A stretch of DNA of 64,000 bases, from NCBI RefSeq assembly GCF_902459465.1, contig NC_047070.1, positions 2,728,001 through 2,792,000 on the forward strand, written 5' to 3'. A program made the position numbers and the translations under genes. Source of the stretch: Asterias rubens. Taxonomy: Eukaryota. A model generated the notes under the pieces. The model worked only from the letters and a program-made list of their open reading frames with translations. It searched no databases and was not told the origin of the DNA. The number at the start of each line of letters is the position of its first letter. The first letter of the stretch is position 1. Of this stretch, positions 50,227-63,585 are shown one piece after another.

Positions 50227-51061
50227 ATGACGATGAAGAATACAAGTGGTCTGTTGCAGAAGCTTCGGAGTTTGATGAAAGCCAAACAGTACATCGGCTC
50301 AGATGCAATCCAAGCGTATATCATACCATCGGGTGATGCTCATCAGGTACTTGACCCTGCCCTCAACTTGATTTATTTATTTATTTACATTACTCATTTA
50401 TTTATTTACGTAATCTTTAGTTCGGGTAAACTCTGATCAATGCCAAGCACTGCTTTGCTTTTTACAAAAATTGTATGAGTAAAAAACATAAACATATTAC
50501 ACTAAAATTGATAAAAAAGGAAAGACACCTCGGTCTCCTGCTTTAATTAATAGCAAATCTTTACACAGAGTTGTAGATTAAAAGACACATAAAATAGCTA
50601 TTAAAGGAAGCAGGATATGTTGAACAAAAGGATTTAAAAATACCAATTACTCATTTGAGCTTGAAATGTGCTCCAACTAGGGATGGGATGTATCTAATTA
50701 TAATGTACTTGAGATTTGTTATAACCAGTGTTGTAGCTAGACCTTTAGTGATGGGCTCTATGTATATCAAGTTTAGTCCACGAGCGGTTTAACAAATTAA
50801 TTATTATTGTTTAGATATGGGGCCAGCATTGCTGAAGTGCAATCCAGGGGAAATCTGTGCTGGGTAGTTCTGGGCAAGCCCGTCCGGCACCGCCCCCATC
50901 GTGGCTAAAAAAACTGGTTATAACTCTCGATCCTACCTAACGTTGTAGAGGATCAAGGGTTATGATCACTCCTAGCTAAGATAATACATTCCAGAGATCA
51001 GTGATTTTAGAGTTGGGCCAGAAAGCTCAAGATTGGAGTCTAGGACAAGTCCTGTGGTCAT

Positions 51062-51094
<33 letters not shown>

Positions 51095-54000
51095 CAATTC
51101 AACATCTTTGTCTTGAAAGAGTGATTTTTAAATGTTCGGTATGAGTCTCACAAATATCTTGTATTTGTACTGTTTTTTTTTTTTTCAGAGTGAATACATA
51201 GCTGCTTGTGATTGTCGTCGAGCATTCATGTCTGGATTCACAGGATCCTTCGGTTAGTCGTTAGGGACCATAAATATCTCAAACTCTTATCTGTATGCCT
51301 CGAGAAAAAAAGGTAGCTGCAAAAAAATCACACTTGTTGAGGTAGTCTTGGTGCAAGACGTTCTTGTTGAGTTGGTCAGCGTCTTTGTTAATACCATAGG
51401 CCCCATACACTCAACGCTACATGCAAGAAGTTCTTGTTTAGTTGGTCAACCTCTATGTTAATAACATAGGCCCCATACACTCAACGCTACACACGTCACG
51501 ACTATTTCACCGATACAGAGGCATTTCTGTAAGCCGTGATCCCACAAGCAAGAACTACCGGCTAGTCCTATGTATTGAGTGTGATTGTGGACTCAGTTTT
51601 TAAGAATATCGTATTCATTGACAGGTACGGCAATAATCACAGAAGATGTAGCAGCGATGTGGACTGATGGTCGCTACTTCTTACAGGCCGAACAGCAGAT
51701 GGATTCCAACTGGACCCTTATGAAGCACGGTACTCACATTTCTTTAAAAAAAATGATAATTTTAATATAAGTTTTCTCGGTCAATTTCGGTAAAATGAGC
51801 AGCCAATTTAACCACCAAGCTATTCTATTTCGCGCGAAATCGAATGCTACTAAAAAGGGTCATTAGATTTCGTTTTATGATTAGTCAAATGTAATATTGC
51901 GTCGTTCGATTTAACAAAATAATCATTCAATTTAACAATTCATCAAAGCAGCATTCAAATTCGCAGACGCTTCTTGAGGCGTGTGTGTCACGAAAAAGAA
52001 TGACGATAAGCTAAATTGAACAGAGTGCTAAAGGAATTTGACTCGACTCAAAACGAAATTGAATGGCTGAATTCTGAATTTACAACTGGAAAGGCAAAAC
52101 GGGTTTAATTCGAACGTGTGAAAATGAAATTGACTGCTCATTTGCCGAATTTGACTGAGAAAACCTAAAGACACACTAGTAATAATAATAATTAGAAGAC
52201 TTGCAATGCGCACATATCCACCCTGCTGGGTGTTCAAGGCGCAGTAAAACCAAAAAACAAAACAAAGAACAACAGACACATCAAAATTTTGAGGAGAGTT
52301 TTGAGGAGAGATTTGAATTTTGTGGTACAAAGACAAGATCTAAGATTAGGTGGTAGAGAGTTCCAGATGCGTGGCACAGCTGAAGAAAAAGACCTGTCAC
52401 CCCATGAGTGTCGAGACTTGGGTTCAATGAGGAGAAGCATGCAACTTGATTGAAGATTCCTTGACGGAGTGTAAACTTAAAGCAGTTCAGAATTATAGTG
52501 GGGAGCCTTGCCATTAAGAGCTTTGTGGACAATGAGCATCAGCTTGAAGATGAGATAGGGAGCCAGTGTAGTTGTTTCAGAATGGGGGTGATAAAACAGG
52601 ATTTTCTAGACAGTGTCACAATGCGGGCGTTGAAGTCGGGAAATCTGGTTGTTAGACAGACTGTAGAGAAGAGCATTGCCGTTGTCATTTTGCGTCGGTA
52701 ATAAATAATAAGAATGAAGAATACAGAATTTTGGTTTTACCCATACACCGTTGTGTGTTAGCACTGTGTACTCAGTACTTTCCCCTTACACCGATGTGTG
52801 TTAGCACTGTATACTCAGTACTTTCCCCTTACACCGATGTGTGTTAGCACTGTATACTCAGTACTTTCCCCTTACACCGATGTGTGTAAGCACTGTATAC
52901 TCAGTACTTTCCCCTTACACCGATGTGTGTAAGCACTGTATACTCAGTACTTTCCCCTTACACCGATGTGTGTAAGCACTGTATACTCAGTACTTTCCCC
53001 TTACACCGATGTGTGTTAGCACTGTGTACTCAGTACTTTCCCCTTACACCGATGTGTGTTAGCACTGTATACTCAGTACTTTCCCCTTACACCGATGTGT
53101 GTTAGCACTGTATACTCAGTACTTTCCCCTTACACCGATGTGTGTAAGCACTGTATACTCAGTACTTTCCCCTTACACCGATGTGTGTAAGCACTGTATA
53201 CTCAGTACTTTCCCCTTACACCGATGTGTGTTAGCACTGTGTACTCAGTACTTTCCCCTTACACCGATGTGTGTTAGCACTGTATACTCAGTACTTTCCC
53301 CTTACACCGATGTGTGTAAGCACTGTATACTCAGTACTTTCCCCTTACACCGATGTGTGTAAGCACTGTATACTCAGTACTTTCCCCTTACACCGATGTG
53401 TGTTAGCACTGTGTACTCAGTACTTTCCCCTTACACCGATGTGTGTTAGCACTGTATACTCAGTACTTTCCCCTTACACCGATGTGTGTTAGCACTGTGT
53501 ACTCAGTACTTTCCCCTTACACCGATGTGTGTTAGCACTGTGTACTCAGTACTTTCCCCATACACCGATGTGTGTTAGCACTGTGTACTCAGTACTTTCC
53601 CCTTACACCGATGTGTGTTAGCACTGTATACTCAGTACTTTCCCCTTACACCGATGTGTGTTAGCACTGTGTACTCAGTACTTTCCCCTTACACCGATGT
53701 GTGTTAGCACTGTATACTCAGTACTTTCCCCTTACACCGATGTGTGTTAGCACTGTGTACTCAGTACTTTCCCCTTACACCGATGTGTGTTAGCACTGTG
53801 TACTCAGTACTTTCCCCTTACACCGATGTGTGTTAGCACTGTGTACTCAGTACTTTCCCCTTACACCGATGTGTGTTAGCACTGTGTACTCAGTACTTTC
53901 CCCTTACACCGATGTGTGTTAGCACTGTGTACTCAGTACTTTCCCCTTACACCGATGTGTGTTAGCACTGTGTACTCAGTACTTTCCCCTTACACCGATG

Positions 54001-57000
54001 TGTGTTAGCACTGTATACTCAGTACTTTCCCCTTACACCGTTGTGTGTTAGCACTGTATACTCAGTACTTTCCCCTTACACCGATGTGTGTTAGCACTGT
54101 ATACTCAGTACTTTCCCCTTACACCGATGTGTGTTAGCACTGTATACTTGTACTTTCCCCTTACACCGATGTGTGTAAGCACTGTATACTCAGTACTTTC
54201 CCCTTACACCGAGGTGTGTTAGCACTGTATACTCAGTACTTTCCCCTTACACCGATGTGTGTTAGCACTGTATACTCAGTACTTTCCCCTTACACCGATG
54301 TGTGTTAGTACTGTATACTCGTACTTTCCCAAGCTCTGTGAACAAAATCACAGGCATGTTACTCAGATGGGATTCGAGCCTAAGACCTTTGCAATTCTAC
54401 AGCAGTGTCTTACCAACTAGACCACCGAGATTGCCTGGTAGCTTGGAGGGTTTGTCCAAAGCATGTGGAATTGAAATGAGGTCCTTTGAATGTTTTGTAC
54501 TTGGTGTTTATCTTCATTTAAAAAGCCCTGTTGTGCCGTCTTCATCATTCTGATATGGCTTTCATCTTGACAATTGTTGTGATTGTTTCAATTGTATACC
54601 AGCCAGAATTCTTGTTTCAGCCTGTTACTCAAGCTTTTGCTTTGGGAGAACCCAGTTTTGAAATAATCCTCACTTTATATGATAGAATTTTTTTAAATGT
54701 TCATAATTCTGACATGTGATTTACACAGTTTACTTGAAGAAAGTGGAGTTAGTTTTAGTATTTATGAAGATGTCTTTCTTTTGTTGCCAGGTTTAAAAGA
54801 TACACCCACACAGGAGGATTGGCTCGTCAAGGTAAAACAGAAATTCGCTTTCATTATAAAAAATTTGAGCTGTGAATGTTAGCGCTGTCTTGAAGGGGAA
54901 CCTATACCTTTTGTTTCAATTGTTTAAACCTACCCTGTGAAAATTTGATTTCAAAAGGTGGTAGTATTTTTTAGATATTGCCGAAAACCTGGATTAGTTT
55001 TATTCGGCGCAGGCAAAATAATTGGTAATTGGAATACCCAATCTCAGAAATGTTTCTGACAGTAATGTTTGTCAAATTAAAATTTTGGGTAAAAGCTAAA
55101 GTCTCTGTCTGTGACCCAATTTAAAGTCAAATGATTCTCAAAATGTTTTATTACTATCGAAAGCTGATGTAGGCTTCTAACCAAGCAACTTTATATTGCC
55201 ATTAAGTTTAGGAGTGGTTACCAAGCGTATAGACGATGTGACCTATGTTTACATTCAAACCGCCCTCTGTTGACAAAACACTATATGCGTCATGTTTCGC
55301 CGGGCACTGAGTTGCGTAGTCATAGTAAGTTTGCGTACACTTTCTAGCTGGCTGCCAAAACACAAAGGTTTTGCCCGGCGGTATGCGCGCGAATCATGTT
55401 ATGGTTTTCGTGTGACGTCAGAGGTCACATCGTCTATACTTTCCCTTTATTTTAAGAATTGTACTGGAACTTCTGTTGAACAGGATTATGCCACTAATTA
55501 TTGTTTTAACTTTGTTTTAGAATCTTCCAGAAGGTGCACGTGTAGGGGTGGACTCTTTCTTATTGGCAAATGGTAAGATTGTGTTTGTATTCCAACTTGG
55601 GATTGATTCTTAGTCAGGATAAGAAGACATTGTTTAAATGCTTGTATGGTTTAAGTCCAAGGTGTGGTCTTGGACCCTTTTTGAAACCCTCATTTGGGCT
55701 TAGGATTGGGCTTTTTCAGTTATGTAGAAAATGTAGACTTTCCTGTATGTCGGCAAACAGACAGACAGAGCCCCAGCCAGAGCCTAAACCAGAGCTCAAG
55801 TCAGAGTATCAGACAGAGCCAAAGCCACACCCAAGTTGAGCTTTAAGGTCCATTCAAAATAATCGTCAGTGCTTTAAAAACAAAAAAAATCTTCAAAATT
55901 ACAGCTGGGTGGGTCAAAATAAATAACTCAAATTTAAAATTCAGTTTCTACACATAAAAAATAACAAAGAGAAAAGAAGACTAAATCATTGACTATTCTT
56001 ATTAGCCCCATAGTCTATTCTGTGGTGGGACTCTTTACCATGATCACTTCTCTCCACCTGGAAATATAATCAGTTTATTTGGGAGGGGTATTTGAAAAAC
56101 CTAGCAATGAAGAATTATCATGAAATGATACCACCAAAGAAAGTAAAGAAGTGAGTGAAGTAAATGTCTGAATTGTTTTCTTACTACAACAATACATTTT
56201 CTGGGCAAATCAAGCAATGATTTTGTTACAAATAGTATACACATATTCGTATTTCAGTTTGTCATATGATTCTGTTGTAAGCTTCTACAGTCTATTCCAG
56301 CTAAGCAGATTTGTTTGCTTGGCATAAAGGTTAAATTGCCTTCTGTAAGTCATTAACTGGAAATTCCCTCACTGCAGATCTTTGGAAGAAGTTCTCAACT
56401 ACTTTGACTGGTGCCGGACTCACCCTGGTGCCAACAGTGGTGAATCTGGTGGACTTAGTCTGGGGGGATGACCGGCCGTGCCCACCCACTGATCAAGTCA
56501 TGGTTCTGGACACCAAGTATGCAGGTATTGGCTTAAGTATCATTTGATTTCCATTTTTTTTAAATACATTTTGCTTTGGACACAAACAAAAAACCTTGCT
56601 ACACCAGCCAGCGCCAAGGGATGTGCCCCTTCACTGTAGTTTGTGGTTTTGTGATCCTCAAGAAAGGGCAACTTGTTCTGTTTAAAGTCTTGGAAAGTGC
56701 GTTGACATCTGCTCAAGGTTTGGCTCAAAATGCAGAAAATAGAGAGCTTGCACAGATATTGTTGGTACCCTGCACCATAGTTCCGATTCCATCAGTAGCA
56801 ATGGTGAAAAGGTTAAACAGAAGTCACATGTTCCTTTCAAACATTTTCAAGAAGAAAAAAACATAGACGCACAACCCCAGTAGTATTTGATTAATTGTAT
56901 AAAACAACTCGATAGTACATCAAAGTCAAATATTGATCAGCATGTTTTTGTAATACTTTTGTCTCCTTACTTCAGTCATTTGAATCTTTTATTTTTGATT

Positions 57001-60000
57001 TGCAGGTATATCTTGGACGGAGAAGGTGCATAAGATGAGAGATGCGATGACCTCAAAGGATGCCCAGTACCTCGTCTTGACGGCCCTTGATGAAATCGCT
57101 TGTAAGTTTCCTCGCCCAAAAGATTTCATTTCATAAAGGGTTTTTTTATAATTTTTATAATTTTTGTTTGTTTATTATCACAGAACGACCACTTCAATTT
57201 GAGGGTGACACTTAACTAATTTGGGCCGTCGACCCAAATCAACTGCAACCAGAGGCATCTTGCCATCTATTCCTGGGACTGAAAAAGGGTTACCCCTTTT
57301 TACAGTCTGTAAGGATGTAAGCATGGGTATCATCCACTAGGAGCTTGCCTGGTAGAGCAGAAAGCACTACCTACCAAATTTAATATTGCAAGTTGAAAAT
57401 TCTTTTTCTTGGTGTTATTGTCCCACCATTTTTTTTTTTTTTTTTAGCCCTTCTACTATTGGTCAGATTTTCCAGTGAGGTGACCAACTGATGGTTGGGT
57501 TTTGTAGGGTGGCACAGCAGTGTGCAGAACTAGATGCATTCAACACATGATCTTATATTGCAGACTGGCATAGTTTCTGTATCATTCAAAACTACAGTGG
57601 ATGATTTTGAATAGCCAGATAGTAGATGGGTTGACTATGAACTGTGTATATTGGTCACCGACCAATGGGAAACGCAAACGAGGGCGCCCTACGACATCAT
57701 GGAAAAATGTAATCCAGAGGGACCTCTCCAGACTGGGCACTGGGTGGTCTGTGGAGGAGGCAGAAGTGACAGCTAAAGACCGGTCTATTTGGAAGCGTCT
57801 TACAAGTTAGGCAGCCGGTGCCGAAATGCATGATGCTAACCGATGATGATTATGATGATATTCATTTACCACATGATATCATATTTCAAGGCTTCTATCG
57901 AAGGCTCTGTAGCCTTTTCTATGGCTGCCGAGGTCAAATGAGGCCTAAAAACAAACCCCACTTTCCCACAGGTCGCTAGACAGGAATCTTACACCACCCA
58001 GTCTTAGCATCACCCAGGGAAAGAACAAACTTTAGCATAGCAACATTTGTTGCGCCTCCTATCATAGACCCAGTGTTGTCTGATTTCATATTATGAAAAA
58101 CCAAGCCTGGTATTTTGTTCTTGTATTGTTGCAAGGCATGTCATGGTGTGTCATGGCCTAGCGGTTAAACGCACGGACTCAAGCTCTGGTGTTTCTGATC
58201 AGCAGAGTGTGGGTTGGAGTCCCAGTCGTAACACCTGTGTCCTTAAGCAAGGCACTTAACATAACTCGGTATTGAATATTTTAATGTTTTGCCTCTGCAG
58301 GGCTTTTCAACTTGAGGGGTTCTGATATTGAATATAATCCAGTGTTCTTTGCATATGCTGTTGTTAGCATGGAGAGCGTACAGTAAGTAATAATACTAAG
58401 TTCTTGGATAGTTCTTTAACAATGGGCTTCTCAGAGCGCTTGTTCCTTTTTTTTGGACAGGTTTGCTAAGTGTTGGATCATGAAAGGTTACAATCTGTAC
58501 GGTGTCGTGGCCGAATGGATAAGAGCACCAATCACTTGTGATTCTGTTTAGCAGAGTGTGGGTTTGGGAGTAGGGACACTTTTGTCCCTGAGCAAGACAC
58601 TTAACTCCATGCTTCTCTTCACCTATGGGTAAATAGGTACCTGTTAGGGCAGAGATGGTTCTCGTAATCGCTTTGTTAGCCGAGTAGCGCATATTTTTTT
58701 GCACAGGCTGTATACTCCCCAGGGAGCTGAGATGGTTTAAGGAATGATTTAAGGCCCACTGACAAGGGGTAATAATGTTGGGTGTTTAACATAAAGTGAT
58801 TATTTTATAATGTTTTTTTTGTTTCCTATTTCCAGTCTTTTTATAGATGATCAGAAGTTAACAGAAGAATCTCGAGCCCACCTGATTCAGAATGGCATGA
58901 AAGTTGACATCCATGAGTATGAGGCCATTCAACAGTTTCTGGCTGATCTCTATCCAGACGGAAGCAACACTGGAAAGACATGGGTAAATTAGGCTCTTCC
59001 CTTTGCAGAGGAGTGTCAAGGCTCAAATCGGGAATACAATTCCTTAAGACCCGGGTCCTGTAGCTCCAAATGTTTACTGGACCAGAATTTATTTTACAAG
59101 ACAAGGGGTCGATTTCACAAAGAGTTAGGACTAGTCCTAACTTAGGACTAGTTCTAGGAGATATACAACTTGCATGGATAGTCCTAAGTTAGGACGAGTA
59201 ACTGGTCCTAACTCGAGATAAGACTAGTCCTAACTCTTTGTGAAATCCATTCCACCCCAGAATCTTCATAAGAAATAACTTTCTACAGAGTTTAACATGT
59301 ACTTTTTAATTTTTTTATTTTGATCAAGCAGTAAGAGAAGATTATCTCATTTGTGTTGTGGGTTTGAATTTTTCAAATTTGATACTCAACGAAATGGTAT
59401 TACAATAAAGGAGTGTGCACAGCCGGCAGCCAAATTATCACACAGGTTGCTGATAATGCACATCAACAATCTCTGCAGGTACCTAATAACTTCTGATTGA
59501 TCAGAAAAAAATATAGTTAATTGTCTTGCTCAAGAACAAAAATGTAATGACTAGGATTCGAACCCACACACTAATGATGCAACTCTGTTTAGAGTATTTC
59601 ATGCCAATATTGACATCTTGTAGTTAAATACAGTGGACACTATTGGTAATGTCAAAGACCAGTCTTCCCACTTGGTGTATCTCAACATAAACACTTAATA
59701 ACCAACCTGTGAGAATTTGAGCTCAATCGGTCGTCAGAGTTGCAAGATAATAATGAAAGAAAAAAACACCCTTGTCACACGAAGTTGTGTGCTTTCATAT
59801 GCTTGATTTCGAGACCTCAAATTCTAAACTTGAGGTCTCGAAATCAAATTCGTGGAAAATTACTTCTTTCTCGAAAACTACGTCACTTCAGAGGGAGCCG
59901 TTTCTCACAATGTTTTATACCATCAACCTCTCCCCATTACTCTTTACCAAGTAAGGTTTCATGCTAATAATTATTTTGAGTAATTACCAATAGTGTCCAC

Positions 60001-63000
60001 TGCCTTTAAGTGTCTTGCTTGAACAAAAAACATCAAGACCAGGATTTGACCCCCACACACTGATGATGCAACTTTATTAAGCGTGTTCTATTTTAACATT
60101 AACATCTTGTATTTCTTCTATCCAGGTTAGTCCAAAGTCCAGCTATGCTCTTGTCAGTTGCATTCCAAAGGTAAGCTCACTCAAATCTTCATGTTATTTC
60201 TTTTTGCAATTTAGGAATCACGCAAAGTGAACAATTGTTAAAGGCACTGGACACTATTGGTAATTGTCAAAGACCAGTCTGCTCTCTTGGTGTATCTCAA
60301 CATACGCATAAAATAACAAACCTGGGAAAAATTTGAGCTCAATTGGTCTTCGAAGTTGCGAGATAATAATGGAAGAAAAAACACCCATGTCACATGAAGT
60401 TGTGTGCTTTCTTATGCTTGATATTGAGTCAAATTCGAGGAAAATTATTTTTTTTAAAAAGAACAACATTTTTCCAGAGGGAGCCGTTTCTCACAATGTT
60501 TTATACTATCAGCAGCTCCCCATTACTCGTTACCAAGTAAGGTTTTATGCTAATAATTATTATGAGTAATTTCCAAAAGTGTCTGCCTTTAAACATTGGT
60601 TGTACAGTAGACCTCAAAAGGGAACTTTTCCCATGAGATATGGTTTTGTTAAAGGAATTCTTGAAATGAATTGCAGAATCTTGTACAATCATGTTTTATA
60701 ACTTCTTGGTATCTGTTTTCTTTTGTAGCGGAAATGCATTCTACAAGGAACCCCAGCGATGATGAGTAAAGCTGTCAAGAATAAAACAGAGATTGAAGGA
60801 ATGAAGAATGCTCATGTAAGATTTAGTTACTTCTATTCCACTAAGTATTGTTTGAAGCTTTGCATGGTGTGGAGAGATAAGAAGAAACTATAAATAAGTA
60901 GTAAACTTGCGGGTACAACCATGTGTAAATCTCTTAGGGTGAGTGTTGGCTCTGAAAAGAGCCGGTTGGGTCTCGACATTTCGAGCAGTATACTCTGCTC
61001 GTCTTATTATAGTTTCTTCTTTTATTCCACTGTTTAAAGCCTTCATGAAATGTTGGTAATTGTTAAAGACCAGTATCCGCACTTTATACGTGAAATAACC
61101 AGTCAGTGAAAGTGAAAGTTCAACTGGTCATTATATTTTGTCACTGTTTTCCAAAATTGGCTTTTGGACTAGTGAGGTCAGAACTAATTTCCGTCATCTC
61201 TATACTAACCATGTTAAAGGAGCGTTACAGAATTGGTAAGAAACAAAAATCGTGAAGATCACAGATTAACATAAAACTTACACAGTCTAATGAGGATGAT
61301 AGTTGAAAACATCCCTTGAAATATTTCTGTCTGAAAGGTCATATTTGATGAGAAATAAATAGTCTAACGTCGCGATTGGAGTTTATCGCTCAGTGAGCGT
61401 TTTATTTATTTTTATTTTGGCATCTTTGCAATGCAAAATTTGTAATCGGTTTTTCACTATTCTCTCGTGACTCAGATGGCCGATCGATCTCAAACTTCTA
61501 CAGGTTTGTCAGTTCATGTATATGGTGGATTACATGCAGTGCTTACACTGCCAGCAACTGTTTTGTTAGCAAAAACCAATTCTGTAATGTTCCTTTAAGC
61601 TTTGTGCAAATCTGTGATCATTTATATTTTCAATCTTACAAGAGCATCGGATTCATTTACTCGGACTCGGACTCATACTCTGATCAGCAGAATGTAACCA
61701 ATGTTGAGCACCCCTGTGTAGTATTTATGTGATTATTTTAGGTTTTTGAACACAATTATGGTTTTTGCAGACATTTTTATGGTCATAAATTGTAAAATCT
61801 TTGACATTTATCTCAAGATAATAAATTGATTGTCTTTCTTATTTCATCTTTTCTGTAGATACGAGACGCTGTTGCGCTTTGTGAATATTTCAACTGGTTG
61901 GAAAAAGAGGTAAGTTTTAATAATTCAAAAATAGTTGAATGAGCTCAAATAATTGTAGATGAAAATTGTTTGTAAGTTACAATAGAAAGAAGATTTAATA
62001 GATATATTTGTTGTCCCTGATGCAAAAATAACATCTATAAACCGCTGCGGTACCAGCTGCATTCGAACTGCCTTCAGCTACCTAGTGGTAAGTGATTTGC
62101 CTGTGGATTTTTTTTTTTACGGAACTCAAGAAAGTATCGATTACACAGCACTTAATATACGCATCGGTGTAAGTTTTTTTTTTTTTTTTGTTTTTTTTTA
62201 CGGAACTCAAGAAAGTATCGATTATACAGCACTTAATATATGCATCGGTGTAAGTTTTAAAAACAGAGATATCATATATTTTATCACAAGTCAATCAAAC
62301 ATTTCTTATTGCATTATTTGTTCTCAGGTTCCAAAGGGTCAACTCACTGAAATATCAGCCTCAGACAAACTGGAACAGCTTCGAAGGTAGGTAATGCTTG
62401 GAAAACGTAAAAGTTGTCAACAACTACATGCAAAAATGGCCTGACCTTGCAACCCCAGCAGAGTCTTTCTTGAAGCCTAAAAGAAAGACTCTTTGAGAAA
62501 GATTCTACTTAGGTTTAAACGTCAGGCCAATAACTGTTGTACCGGCATGCAACTTTACAGCTGATCAGCTGATTTCCTTTTTTCTTTTCAAAACAGTGCC
62601 ATAGAAAACACTGCTCAAAAATCCATTTCCTCATTTTTGCAATACGAAAGTTGCATGTTTGATTTTAACTGCATTTGTCATTTTGGTTGGTAATTAGTTT
62701 GCATCGGGTAATTCTATTTTCTTAACAACAACAGCATTAAAATAAAACAAGTGGCTTAAGCCTGGCACTATCAAAATAGAAAGTCAAATCTGGACGAACA
62801 AAAATTAAATGAACTTTTCCTGAAATTTACAGGGAAAACAAATATCTATATTCACAGCAAAAGAAACACTTTTGAGTGTTTCTTTAATCTTCTAAAACTC
62901 TCATTGCATGTTAGTTGTTTGACAACTTCTTAAATTATCACCTCTTTTTTTTTAATATTATCTTTTCATTAAAGACACTGGACACTATTGGTAATTGTCA

Positions 63001-63585
63001 AAGACCAGTCTTCTCACTTAGTGTATCTCAACATGTGAATAAAAGAACAAACCTGTGAAAATTTGAGCTCAATTGGTCGTCGAAGTTGCGAGATAATAAT
63101 GAAAGAAAAAGCACCTTTGTCGAGACCTCAAATTCTAAATCTGAGGTCTGAAATCAAATTCGTGGAAGATTTACTTCTTTCTCGAAAACTACATTACTTC
63201 AGAGGGAGCCGTTTCTCACAATGTTTTATACTATCAACCTCTCCCAATTACTTGTTACCAAGTAAGGTTTTATGTTAATAATTATTATGAGTAATTACCA
63301 ATAGTGTCCACTGCCTATAATACAACTTGTTCTCCCTTTTTTCCAATTAAAAAAGATCTGTGTAATTAATTATACCTGCTTTACCATTTTACAAACTTCT
63401 TGCAGATTTAATTTTATTTTCTCATTTTCCCACAGAGAGCAGGAGGATTATGTCAGCCTTAGCTTTGCCACGATTTCTAGCGTAGGATCAAACGGTGCTA
63501 TCATTCATTACAAAGCAACACCAGAAACAGATACAGCCCTCAACACTCATGGCATGTATCTATGTGATTCAGGCGGACAGTACAG
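50227..63585 (+). CDS. XPNPEP1: Xaa-Pro aminopeptidase 1 (cytosolic aminopeptidase P), 3'-partial
   Basis: Exons 50227-50346, 51189-51252, 51625-51729, 54791-54831, 55521-55572, 56378-56524, 57006-57101, 58301-58382, 58836-58983, 60126-60170, 60729-60815, 61859-61909, 62328-62386, 63436-63585. Motifs [43 protein letters not shown] and DSGGQY. The last exon ends in an open donor, so the gene continues past 64000. Confidence 0.95.
52170..52712 (-). mobile_element. 5'-truncated L2-type LINE 3' end in XPNPEP1 intron 3
   Basis: Minus-strand [13 protein letters not shown] and [18 protein letters not shown] motifs, frameshifted, with a TAT/AAT-type tail. Confidence 0.8.
52737..54330. repeat. 43-bp minisatellite, about 37 copies
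   Basis: Unit ccccttacaccgatgtgtgttagcactgtatactcagtacttt with only two common variable sites (tta/taa, gta/gtg) and no unique spacers. Confidence 0.97.
57640..57860 (+). mobile_element. 5'-truncated RTE-clade LINE 3' end
   Basis: [17 protein letters not shown]...DRSIWK motif followed by a (GAT)n-like tail. Confidence 0.75.
59624..60009. mobile_element. Family A MITE, full length
   Basis: TTAA ends and family interior. Confidence 0.85.
60238..60592. mobile_element. Family A MITE
   Basis: TTAA ends and family interior. Confidence 0.8.
61214..61598. mobile_element. TTAA-flanked MITE family B
   Basis: TTAA ends, TIR, shared interior. Confidence 0.85.
62969..63320. mobile_element. Family A MITE
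   Basis: Left TTAA plus TIR, family interior, right end ctgcctataa. Confidence 0.8.

Noticed and set aside
52737-54330. CRISPR-like array, and repetitive ORFs at 52923-53492
   Set aside because: Units are head-to-tail with no unique spacers, there are no cas genes and the context is a eukaryotic intron. The ORFs merely reflect the 3x43-nt period.
27482-63278. Recurrent ORFs such as [12 protein letters not shown]..., MRDNNERKK... and [10 protein letters not shown]...
   Set aside because: All lie inside family A MITE copies, vary by frameshifts and show no transposase motifs.
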